Positions 13,513 to 21,139 of a stretch of DNA of 24,000 nucleotides are shown in pieces (position 1 is the first letter of the stretch; every line of letters starts with the position of its first letter). Below the pieces are notes generated by a model. The model was not told where the DNA came from. It worked only from the letters and a program-made list of their open reading frames with translations, and searched no databases. Source of the DNA: Brevibacterium samyangense (GTDB taxonomy: Bacteria; Actinomycetota; Actinomycetes; Actinomycetales; Brevibacteriaceae); assembly GCF_039529845.1 (NCBI RefSeq), contig NZ_BAAANO010000008.1, forward strand, positions 8,404-32,403. Direction: 5' to 3'. The translations under genes and the position numbers were made by a program.

Positions 13513-15552
13513 ATGACCGAATCGACCGGCAGACCCGCGCCCGGGTCGGCGCAGAACGACGCAGTATCGAACGAGGCGACGCAGGACGAGTCGGCACGGA
13601 CAGCGTCGGCCGAGGGCAGTACCCGGCAGAAGCCGCGTCGTCCGCGTCGCGAGGCCGCCGCCCGGATCCTGCGGGAGATCGAGTACCCGCACGGCATCCA
13701 CCCGGCACTCGTCCCGGGAGTGTCCGTCGAGGACCAGCGCATCCGTTACGGCGTCGACACGGTGATCCTCGGGGTCGTCGGTGTGCTCGTCGTGGGATTC
13801 GTCGTCTGGGGCATGCTCGCCCCCGACATGGTGTTCGACGTCTCGAGCGTCGCACTCGGCTGGGTCATGCACAACCTGGGCTGGGTCTTCAATGTCGTCG
13901 CGATCGTGCTCGTCGTGTTCCTCCTCGTGATCGCACTGTCCCGCTACGGTCGGATCCCGCTCGGACTCGACGGCGGGAAGCCCGAGTACTCGACCGCCTC
14001 GTGGGTCGCGATGCTCTTCGGTGCCGGTATCGGCATCGGCATCATCTTCTTCGGTCCCTACGAGCCCATCACGTACTACCTCGATCCGCTCCCGGGCCTG
14101 TACGACCCCGGTACCGCCGAGGCGGTCAAGGGCGCGATGGCGCAGGCGGCACTGCACTGGGGCATCAACGCGTGGGCGATCTACGCGGTCGTCGGCCTCG
14201 CCGTCGCCTATGTGTCCTACCGTCGCGGCAGGGTCCCGCTCATGAGCTCGGTACTCGAACCGCTCTTCGGTGCGAAGCCGGACGGGATCGGCCCGCGCAT
14301 CATCGATTCCCTCTCGATCATCGCCACGCTCTTCGGCACGGCGGCGTCCCTCGGGATCGGTGCCCTGCAGATCGGTCGCGGCGTGCAGCTCGTCACCGGG
14401 TGGAGCACCGCGGCGAACCAGATCGCGATCGGCATCATCGTGGTCCTCACGATCGGCACGATCATCTCGGCGGTCTCCGGTGTGGCACGCGGGATCCGTC
14501 GTCTCTCGAACATCAACCTCGTACTGTCGATCGCCCTCGCCGTGTTCTTCTTCGTCGTCGGGCCCACGGTGTTCCTCATGAACATCATTCCGGGTGTCAT
14601 CGTCGACTACTTCGGATCGATGCCCGACATGCTCGCGGCGACGATGGCCGACGGCGCGGACACCGAGGCGTTCCTGTCCTCGTGGACGACGTTCTACTGG
14701 GCGTGGTGGGTGAGCTGGTCGCCGTTCGTCGGTGTGTTCCTCGCGAAGATCTCCCAGGGCCGCACCATCCGTCAGTTCGTCCTCGGGGTGCTCTTCATCC
14801 CCTCGGCGATCATCATCCTCGCGTTCACGATCCTCGGTGGCACCACGATCTGGTTGCAGCGCTTGAACGGCTCGATCGCCGCGGACGGCACGGCCGACAG
14901 CCTGCCGGCGCCCGAGGAGATCTTCTTCCTCGTCGTCGACCAGTTGCCGGCTGCGGAGATCCTCGTGCCGATCGTCATGGCGATGCTCGCGATCTTCTTC
15001 ATCACCTCGGCGGACTCGGCCTCGATCGTGAACTCGCAGCTGTCGCAGCGCGGTAATCCGACGCCCAACCGGCTCGTCACCGCGTTCTGGGCGGTGTGCA
15101 TGGCCGGCATCGCGGTCGTCATCCTCCTCATGGGCGGACGGGACGCGCTCCAGGGACTGCAGAACCTCGTCACCGTCACGGCGCTGCCGTTCTGCGTCAT
15201 CATCGTCCTCATGTGCGTGGCGCTCGTGAAGGAGCTGCGGAACGACCCGTTCTCCATCCGCGACGATTTCCGGACGGCGGCACTCGAGAACGCGGTGCGC
15301 CAGGGTGTGCAGGAGTACGGCGACAACTTCGCCCTCAGTGTCGAACCGACCGCACCGGACAGCGATTTCGCCGCCGGTGGCGAGTTCGACTCGACCGCGG
15401 ACGAGGTCACCGAGTGGTACACCCGGACCGACGAGGACGGTGAACCGGTCGAGTACGACTACGAGATCGGGGCCTACGTCGACGACAACGGGGATCCGGT
15501 CGACGCCGAGGGCAACCCGATCGAGGTCGACCGGAAACCGGACACCGAGTGA
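13513..15552 (+). CDS. BCCT family (betaine/carnitine/choline-type) transporter
   Basis: It carries the BCCT signature WTTFYWAWWVSWSPFVGVFLAKISQGRTIRQFV and about 12 TM segments. The start is at ATG 13513 (MTESTG...) with AGGAG upstream. The 175-codon upstream extension in the ORF track overlaps the PTS IIC gene and is rejected. Confidence 0.9.
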   Translation: MTESTGRPAPGSAQNDAVSNEATQDESARTASAEGSTRQKPRRPRREAAARILREIEYPHGIHPALVPGVSVEDQRIRYGVDTVILGVVGVLVVGFVVWGMLAPDMVFDVSSVALGWVMHNLGWVFNVVAIVLVVFLLVIALSRYGRIPLGLDGGKPEYSTASWVAMLFGAGIGIGIIFFGPYEPITYYLDPLPGLYDPGTAEAVKGAMAQAALHWGINAWAIYAVVGLAVAYVSYRRGRVPLMSSVLEPLFGAKPDGIGPRIIDSLSIIATLFGTAASLGIGALQIGRGVQLVTGWSTAANQIAIGIIVVLTIGTIISAVSGVARGIRRLSNINLVLSIALAVFFFVVGPTVFLMNIIPGVIVDYFGSMPDMLAATMADGADTEAFLSSWTTFYWAWWVSWSPFVGVFLAKISQGRTIRQFVLGVLFIPSAIIILAFTILGGTTIWLQRLNGSIAADGTADSLPAPEEIFFLVVDQLPAAEILVPIVMAMLAIFFITSADSASIVNSQLSQRGNPTPNRLVTAFWAVCMAGIAVVILLMGGRDALQGLQNLVTVTALPFCVIIVLMCVALVKELRNDPFSIRDDFRTAALENAVRQGVQEYGDNFALSVEPTAPDSDFAAGGEFDSTADEVTEWYTRTDEDGEPVEYDYEIGAYVDDNGDPVDAEGNPIEVDRKPDTE

Positions 15553-15580
15553 ACGGCGCGACGGTGGGAGGGCCGTGGTC

Positions 15581-15586
15581 TAGCGT
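15581..15586 (+). promoter_or_regulatory. Candidate -10 hexamer TAGCGT, 6 nt upstream of ATG 15593 (leaderless)
   Basis: The sequence reads gtcTAGCGTgagggtATG. Confidence 0.5.
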
Positions 15587-15592
15587 GAGGGT

Positions 15593-15985
15593 ATGAGCAC
15601 CTTCTTCGTGTCGCTGCCCACCGCCGACCGCGCCCGTACCCATGTGTTCTACTCCCGCGGCATGGGATTCGAGACACCGGGGGTGCCGGCCGAGGACGGC
15701 GTCCCCGAACCGCTCGTCGTCGCCGTCGACGGACAGCCGGTCGTGATGTTCATCCCGACCGGCGGCTTCGGATGGGTGACGGGAGGCCGGGAGACCGCGG
15801 GCCCCGACACCCACGAGGTGCTCCTGTCGCTCGCGGTCCGGGACGCCGAACTCGTCGATGTGTACATGGTGCGCGCCGCGAACGCCGGTGGCACGGTCGT
15901 GACTCCGGCGGGCCCACAACCGTGGGGATACTCGGGTACGTTCGCGGATCCCGACGGGCACCTCTGGCAGGTGACGGCGCTCTAG
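15593..15985 (+). CDS. VOC (glyoxalase/bleomycin-resistance fold) family protein
   Basis: At 130 aa, its N-terminal FFVSLPTADRARTHVFYSRGMGFE and C-terminal GYSGTFADPDGHLWQV are typical of the VOC/PhnB-like fold. Confidence 0.7.
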   Translation: MSTFFVSLPTADRARTHVFYSRGMGFETPGVPAEDGVPEPLVVAVDGQPVVMFIPTGGFGWVTGGRETAGPDTHEVLLSLAVRDAELVDVYMVRAANAGGTVVTPAGPQPWGYSGTFADPDGHLWQVTAL

Positions 15986-17448
15986 GCGGAGCGGCTCCCG
16001 TTGCCGCCGGGAATCGCCTTCTCCGCTTCCTCCGTCTCCTCCGCTTGTTCCTTCGCCTTCATGAACTGCTTCGAGAGCAGGCGGTAGGCCGGGGTGAGGA
16101 ACGCCCCGAGGGCGAGCACCATGGCGGCGAGTCCGGCGAAGAGGAACACGAGCGCGATCCCGCGGGCCTCCCCGTACCCGAGGAGCCATGCCCAGGACTG
16201 CTGTCCCTCCGGGGTGTCGAGTGCCGGGATGATGACGAACTCGGCGATCGGGGCGATGAGGAACGAGGTGATGGGCGCAGCGGCCGCCTCGAAGGTCATC
16301 GCGAACCCGAACACGCGGCCCTGTTTCTCGTAGGGGGTGACGGTCTGGATGACGGTCTGTTCGGCGGCCTCGACGGCGGGGATGAAGGCCATGTAGATCC
16401 AGCAACCGAGGACGAAGAGCCAGGCCCATTCGCGGATCGCGAAGACTCCGCCGACGACGCCGATGAATGCGGCGATGAGGAGCATCGTCCGGATCGGGTT
16501 GCGCCCGAGCCCGAACTTCGCGAGGACGATGCCGCCGATGATGAATCCGGTCGAGGCGATCGCGAAGACGATGCCCCACATCTCCACCGAGAACAGCGTG
16601 AGGCCGTACGGGTCCATGAGCGCCATGTAGACGCCACCGACGAGGTTGTTGAGCGTGGTGAAGAGGACGAGCATGAGCAGGCCGGGTGCCGACCGCACCG
16701 TCCGCCAGCCGACCTTGACGTCGATCCAACTCGTCTTCTCCTCGACGTGGAGGACCTTGGGCTCGGGGATGCTCAGCCACAGGAGGTGGAGGAAAACGAG
16801 CCCGAGCGCCGTGATCGAGATGACGATGGTCCACCCCATCCCGAGCTGACCGATCGCGAGGCCGGAGAACACGCTCGTGACGAGCATCGCGAGCCCCTGC
16901 ACGGTGCCGACCATGCCGTTCGCGTTCGCCCGGCGGTCGACGGGGACGAGGAGCGTCACCGTCGTCGACAGGGCGATGTTGCGCAATTGTTCGGCGATCG
17001 CGCCGGTGAGCATGACGATCGCGAAGATCCAGAAGTGGGGGAGTCCGAGGTTCACCATGTCCGCGTGCGGGACGAGGAAGAAGTACGCCCCGCCGACGAG
17101 GAACAGCGCGAGTGACACGAGGGTCGCCCACACCATGACGGCCTTCTTGCGGAACCGGTCGACGAGGGTGCCGAAGAACATGCTGAACATCGCGACGAGC
17201 AACATGTACGCGCCGCCGATGACGCCGGTGGCGAGGACGTTGCGGGTCTCGAGGTAGATCCAGAACGTGATGCCGAACCAGAGGAAGCTCGTCGTCACGT
17301 TCGCGAGTGCGGTGTTCACGAGGACGTGGACGAAGGTGCGGGTGCCGTGTGCCGGTGGCGCGGGAGCGGAAGGATCCGTCGCGGTGCCGGAGGTGTGCAT
17401 CGCGTCGGGCTCGGAAAGCGGTCCGTCGCCGGCCGGTGTCGAGGTCAT
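15982..17448 (-). CDS. MFS transporter (drug/siderophore exporter-like, 12 TM)
   Basis: It is hydrophobic throughout, with the motif-A-like FGTLVDRFRKKAVM. The start at ATG 17448 is supported by a leaderless -10 element. Its stop overlaps the VOC gene stop on the other strand (CTAG at 15982-15985). Confidence 0.85.
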   Translation of the reverse strand: MTSTPAGDGPLSEPDAMHTSGTATDPSAPAPPAHGTRTFVHVLVNTALANVTTSFLWFGITFWIYLETRNVLATGVIGGAYMLLVAMFSMFFGTLVDRFRKKAVMVWATLVSLALFLVGGAYFFLVPHADMVNLGLPHFWIFAIVMLTGAIAEQLRNIALSTTVTLLVPVDRRANANGMVGTVQGLAMLVTSVFSGLAIGQLGMGWTIVISITALGLVFLHLLWLSIPEPKVLHVEEKTSWIDVKVGWRTVRSAPGLLMLVLFTTLNNLVGGVYMALMDPYGLTLFSVEMWGIVFAIASTGFIIGGIVLAKFGLGRNPIRTMLLIAAFIGVVGGVFAIREWAWLFVLGCWIYMAFIPAVEAAEQTVIQTVTPYEKQGRVFGFAMTFEAAAAPITSFLIAPIAEFVIIPALDTPEGQQSWAWLLGYGEARGIALVFLFAGLAAMVLALGAFLTPAYRLLSKQFMKAKEQAEETEEAEKAIPGGNGSRSA

Positions 17449-17454
17449 GGGGAC

Positions 17455-17460
17455 AGAGTA
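17455..17460 (-). promoter_or_regulatory. Candidate -10 hexamer TACTCT, 6 nt upstream of ATG 17448 (leaderless MFS mRNA)
   Basis: The minus strand reads ggccTACTCTgtccccATG. Confidence 0.45.
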
Positions 17461-17706
17461 GGCCGCGGCACGGACACGAGGAAGCTTGACGCGGAGACAG
17501 GAGCCCCGACGGTCCGTTCGGTCTTTTCAGGACTTCCGCGGTACCGCGCCGAGGTGGATTCCTGGAACCGGCCGTCGACGAATCCGCCGCGGCCTTACGA
17601 CAACTGGGCGGCGGTCATGTAACAGAAGCGTCATCCCTGGTGAGGGGATATCGATCGCGCAACACACCGTGATCTGGTTGAAAACCGAACTTACGCTCAC
17701 GGCGAC

Positions 17707-17768
17707 AGTCCGCGCAGGTCCGTTCTCGGCCCTCCGAGTGCTCCTGCCGCGGAATGGACTCTCTTTTT
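17707..17768 (+). promoter_or_regulatory. Structured leader element: long imperfect hairpin followed by CTCTTTTT, immediately upstream of a strong SD
   Basis: The outer pairing is agtcc (17707-17711) with ggact (17756-17760). An inner 10-bp helix pairs 17709-17718 with 17743-17753 (one bulge), as an alternative register. The apical hairpin is ctcgg-ccct-ccgag (17725-17738). A T5 run at 17764-17768 is rare in this GC-rich DNA, and AGGAGG follows at 17769-17774. Confidence 0.3.
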
Positions 17769-17798
17769 AGGAGGCAGTGATGCAATCCTTCGACTGGC

Positions 17799-18974
17799 AT
17801 GCTCAAGGTGGCGCTCGCGATCGTGATCCTCGTGGCCACGTGGATCATCGCAAGCGTGGTGAAATGGGCCGCCCGCAAGCTCGTCGGCAAGGTCCCCGCG
17901 CTCCAGCGCACGGGCAACGACGGCAAGGCGATCGGTGATTCGCTCGGCACCGTCGCCTCTCTCCTCGTGTGGCTCTTCGGTCTCATGGCGATCCTCCAGC
18001 TGTTCGCCCTCGATCAGGTCCTGGCGCCGTTGCAGGACCTCCTCGGTGGCATCCTCGGCTTCCTGCCGAATCTCATCGGTGCCGCGGTCGTCTTCTTCAT
18101 CGGCTTCGTCTTCGCGAAGATCGCCCGCCAGCTCCTCTGGGCCGTCCTCGGACCGGTCGACCTCACGAAGTTCGTCCGGAAGTTCCGCAAGGCCGGTGAA
18201 CAGCCCGAGCGCACCCCGCAGCAGGAAAACGCCAAGCTCCTCACCCTGCTCGGCAACCTGCTCTTCGCCGTCATCGTCATCGTCATGAGCATCAGCGCTC
18301 TCCAGGTCCTCGGTATTGCCGCGATCTCCGAGCCGGCGCAGCAGATGCTCGAGCTCTTCCTCGCCGCGATCCCGGCGATCATCGCCGCCGCCATCCTCCT
18401 GTTCCTCGGTGGCGTCATCGCGAAGTTCCTCGGCAACATTCTCGAGGAGCTCCTCGTCGGCCTGCGCGCCGACGAGTCCGTCGCCTCCTTCGGCATCCTG
18501 CCCGAGGGCACCCGCGTCTCTTCCGTCATCACGAGGATCGTGCAGACGGCCATCATGATCTTCTTCGCGATCATGGCCGCCCGGATGCTCGGCTTCCCGG
18601 AGATCACGAACATCCTGGGCGAGATCCTCGCGCTCGGCGGCAACGTCCTCTTCGGCGCGATCATCATCGCCGCGGGCTTCCTGCTCGCGACGCTCATCGG
18701 CGAGTTCGTCACGAACGACGCCGCGAGCAAGGTCCTCCGCTACTCGACCATCGCACTCTTCATCGCGATGGGTCTCAAGTACATGGGCCTGGCCGATTCG
18801 ATCATCAACCTCGCCTTCGGTGCGGTCGTCATCGGCGGCGCGCTCGCGGCGGCCCTCGCCTTCGGCCTCGGTGGACGTGACGCGGCTGCGCGCACGCTCA
18901 CCAAGCTCGAGAAGAAGACGGAGGAGCCCTCCGCTCCCGAGGTGCCCGGCACCGGATCCGGCCCCGTCGCCTGA
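17799..18974 (+). CDS. TM-helix repeat membrane protein (conserved TM helix family, CmpX / MscS-associated type)
   Basis: A roughly 30-aa unit is repeated five times, for example LPNLIGAAVVFFIGFVFAKIARQLL, IPAIIAAAILLFLGGVIAKFLGNIL and GGNVLFGAIIIAAGFLLATLIGEFV. GC3 is high from ATG 17799. An in-frame TGA at 17778-17780 prevents upstream extension. Confidence 0.8.
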   Translation: MLKVALAIVILVATWIIASVVKWAARKLVGKVPALQRTGNDGKAIGDSLGTVASLLVWLFGLMAILQLFALDQVLAPLQDLLGGILGFLPNLIGAAVVFFIGFVFAKIARQLLWAVLGPVDLTKFVRKFRKAGEQPERTPQQENAKLLTLLGNLLFAVIVIVMSISALQVLGIAAISEPAQQMLELFLAAIPAIIAAAILLFLGGVIAKFLGNILEELLVGLRADESVASFGILPEGTRVSSVITRIVQTAIMIFFAIMAARMLGFPEITNILGEILALGGNVLFGAIIIAAGFLLATLIGEFVTNDAASKVLRYSTIALFIAMGLKYMGLADSIINLAFGAVVIGGALAAALAFGLGGRDAAARTLTKLEKKTEEPSAPEVPGTGSGPVA

Positions 18975-19006
18975 TCGGTCCACCCGGCTGAAGTCAACGG
19001 ATTCGT

Positions 19007-19060
19007 CGAGGGAAACCGATTCGGTTGGCGCCTTGCACGAGGGAAACCGAATCGGTTTCC
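19007..19060. repeat. Two copies of a 20-nt unit (CGAGGGAAACCGAWTCGGTT) 31 bp apart, each containing a palindrome
   Basis: Copy 1 is at 19007-19026 with the palindrome AACCGA-T-TCGGTT. Copy 2 is at 19038-19057, where the palindrome extends to GGAAACCGA-A-TCGGTTTCC (19042-19060). The copies are 19/20 identical. Confidence 0.85.
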
Positions 19061-19075
19061 TCTGGCGAATGCGTT

Positions 19076-19111
19076 GCAGGCCCCGTATGTCCTCGGACAT
19101 GCGGGGCCTGC
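19076..19111. terminator. Long GC-rich hairpin between convergent genes (likely bidirectional terminator)
   Basis: gcaggccccgtatgtcc / ggacatgcggggcctgc forms a stem of about 16 bp with one G-U pair. It lies between stop 18974 (+) and stop 19116 (-). No T-run follows on either strand. Confidence 0.55.
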
Positions 19112-19115
19112 TGCG

Positions 19116-19688
19116 TCACGCCCGGACGGCCGAGGCGAGGGGGCCCGCCAGCCAGGCCCGCGCCTCGGCGTGGGAGGACAGCCGGACGACCGGGAGGTCG
19201 GGGCGGTCCTGCGCCGCGTGCATCACCATGAGGCGGTTCTTCGGGTACATCGTGAGCGCGTAGCGGACGACGTGCTGCGGATCGGTGAGGAAGGCGTGCA
19301 GCGGCGGCTCGATGTTGCCGTTCCACAGGTGGGTCCGACGGAGGCGGCGCAGCACCGTACGACGGGAGACCTGCCACGCTACGCGGGGCTTCGGCAGGTC
19401 GAGCCACACGAAGAGGTCGGCGCGCTCGAGGAGGAGCGGTCGGACCTGCCCGTACTGCCATTCGGTCGTCCACGCGGGTGCTGCCGTGAACGCGAGAACG
19501 TCCTCGACGAACGTGGGCCGCGGGGTCCAGCCGGGCCCGTGGAAGAGGGAGTCGATCTCGGTGTGCGGACCGCCGGTCACCTCGGCGATCCGCGCGGCGA
19601 GAGTCGTCTTCCCCGAACCCGAGGCGCCCGCGACGAGCACCCGGAACGGTCGGGTGGGGAGAGGGGAACCGGGGCCGAGGACGGGCAT
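19116..19688 (-). CDS. P-loop NTPase, adenylate-kinase-like (topology modulation protein FlaR-type) family
   Basis: Walker A is VAGASGSGKTTLA and the size (about 190 aa) fits. It also contains LFVWLDLP and a WNGN segment. The start at ATG 19688 is favoured over GTG 19709 because TACACT lies exactly 6 nt upstream. Confidence 0.72.
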   Translation of the reverse strand: MPVLGPGSPLPTRPFRVLVAGASGSGKTTLAARIAEVTGGPHTEIDSLFHGPGWTPRPTFVEDVLAFTAAPAWTTEWQYGQVRPLLLERADLFVWLDLPKPRVAWQVSRRTVLRRLRRTHLWNGNIEPPLHAFLTDPQHVVRYALTMYPKNRLMVMHAAQDRPDLPVVRLSSHAEARAWLAGPLASAVRA

Positions 19689-19694
19689 GCGGTC

Positions 19695-19700
19695 AGTGTA
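19695..19700 (-). promoter_or_regulatory. Candidate -10 hexamer TACACT, 6 nt upstream of ATG 19688 (leaderless)
   Basis: The minus strand reads gcccTACACTgaccgcATG. It lies in the short gap after the Na/Pi cotransporter stop (19731). Confidence 0.5.
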
Positions 19701-19730
19701 GGGCCGCACGCCCGCGGCACGGTCCTGTGA

Positions 19731-20981
19731 TCAGACGAGTGCCGTGACCGCGATGAGCGCCGCGGGAAGGGCGACGAACACGCCGCCGACCCACACGAAC
19801 GCGAACCACGGCCGGACGCTCGAGACCCGGGCGAGCCATTCGGCCCCGAGGATCGGCAGGTTGCGCAGCCACGGCACGCCGTAGACGAGGCCGGTCGCGC
19901 AGAGATTGAAGAACAGGTGGACGAGGGCGATCTGCATGCCGAGGGCCGCGTGCTCGCCACTGAGGCCGATCGCCGCGAGCAGTGCCGTGACGGTCGTGCC
20001 GATGTTCGCCCCGAGGGTGAAGGGGTAGATCTGTCGGAGGCTGAATGTTCCGGAGCCCGCCAGGGGGATCATGAGGCTCGTCGTCGTCGACGAGGACTGC
20101 ACGAGCGTGGTGACGAGCGCGCCGGCGCCGATCCCGGTGACGGGGCCGCGCCCGATCGCGGTATGGAGGATCTGCTTGGCCCGGCCCACCATGAGGACCT
20201 TGAGAAGGGCACCGACGAAACCGATCGAGAGGAAGATGAGGCCGACCCCCACGGCGATCATCACGAGGCCCCCGGCGACCGCACCGAGCGGTCCGGTCGC
20301 CGCCGCGAGTCCCTCCTTGAGGGGAGAGGTGGCGGTCCCGACGAGGTCGAACGCGTCGGTGTCCACCGAGGTCGAGGTGTCGGCGAGGAAGCCGGTCACC
20401 CAGCCGGAGAGCTTCTCGAGGAAGCCGGTGAGGACCTCGAGCGGCAGGAAGATCACGACCGCGATGAGATTGAAGAAATCGTGGACGGTGCCCGCGGCGA
20501 AGGCGCGACGGAACTCGTCCCGACGGCGGATCATCGTCACCGAGACGAGAGTGTTCGTGAGGGTCGTGCCGATGTTCGCACCGAGGACGATCGGGATCGC
20601 GATGTCGAGCGGGAGTCCGCCGGCCACGAGGCCCACCGTGATCGAGGTCGTCGTCGACGACGACTGGAGGGCGGCTGTCGCGAGGATGCCGACCATGAGG
20701 GCGACGAGTGGGTTCTCGGCGAACGCGAAGAGCTGTTCCGCGTGACCCCCGGTCGCGGTCTTGAAGCCCGCACCGATGACGGACACCGCGCTCACGAGGA
20801 CGTACACCGCGAGGACGACGGAGAGCCACTCGAGCGTGCTGCGCAGGCGGCCCGCCGGGAGGAGGCGGGCGAGCGGACTGCGCGGCGCCTCGGCCGGTGC
20901 GGGGGTGGGTGCCTGCGGTGCGGGAGCATCGAGGGGACGAGTGATCGTGGTGGCCATGGGGCTCTCGAGCATGGGCGTCAT
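19731..20981 (-). CDS. Na/Pi cotransporter family protein
   Basis: The Na_Pi_cotrans motif is duplicated: ALQSSSTTTSITVGLV...GANIGTT and LVQSSSTTTSLMIPLA...GANIGTT. The start is uncertain (ATG 20981, 20972 or 20957). Confidence 0.85.
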   Translation of the reverse strand: MTPMLESPMATTITRPLDAPAPQAPTPAPAEAPRSPLARLLPAGRLRSTLEWLSVVLAVYVLVSAVSVIGAGFKTATGGHAEQLFAFAENPLVALMVGILATAALQSSSTTTSITVGLVAGGLPLDIAIPIVLGANIGTTLTNTLVSVTMIRRRDEFRRAFAAGTVHDFFNLIAVVIFLPLEVLTGFLEKLSGWVTGFLADTSTSVDTDAFDLVGTATSPLKEGLAAATGPLGAVAGGLVMIAVGVGLIFLSIGFVGALLKVLMVGRAKQILHTAIGRGPVTGIGAGALVTTLVQSSSTTTSLMIPLAGSGTFSLRQIYPFTLGANIGTTVTALLAAIGLSGEHAALGMQIALVHLFFNLCATGLVYGVPWLRNLPILGAEWLARVSSVRPWFAFVWVGGVFVALPAALIAVTALV

Positions 20982-21127
20982 CCCTCGGTCTTCATGAATG
21001 TCACGCACCCATTCAGCGCCGACAAGATGAATCGCAGGTGAACAAATCGGGCGGCCGGGCCTCGAACGGGAATGAGATCCGTCACGGCCGTGAGACACGT
21101 CTCCCGTCGGATCCGGGCGAACGGCTC

Positions 21128-21133
21128 TAGGCT
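21128..21133 (+). promoter_or_regulatory. Candidate -10 hexamer TAGGCT, 6 nt upstream of ATG 21140 (leaderless)
   Basis: The sequence reads ctcTAGGCTcgcctcATG. Confidence 0.5.
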
Positions 21134-21139
21134 CGCCTC

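Noticed and set aside
15407-17131. A 574-aa minus-strand ORF and a 447-aa plus-strand ORF (15772-17115) overlapping the MFS gene.
   Set aside because: These are alternative or antisense frames of the MFS transporter gene (15982-17448). They are Arg/Pro/Gly/Asp-rich with no TM helices or motifs, and GC3 supports only the MFS frame.
17449-17798. Whether the long leader is a known riboswitch. I considered the c-di-AMP ydaO type because of the GAAUCC and GGUGAGGGGA fragments.
   Set aside because: Only scattered short fragments resemble the consensus as I remember it. The characteristic conserved blocks and pseudo-symmetric architecture are not evident. I kept it only as an unclassified structured leader.
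17697-19100. A 467-aa acidic ORF antisense to the TM-helix repeat gene.
   Set aside because: The reasoning is the same as for the other antisense ORFs. It also runs through the intergenic leader and terminator structures.
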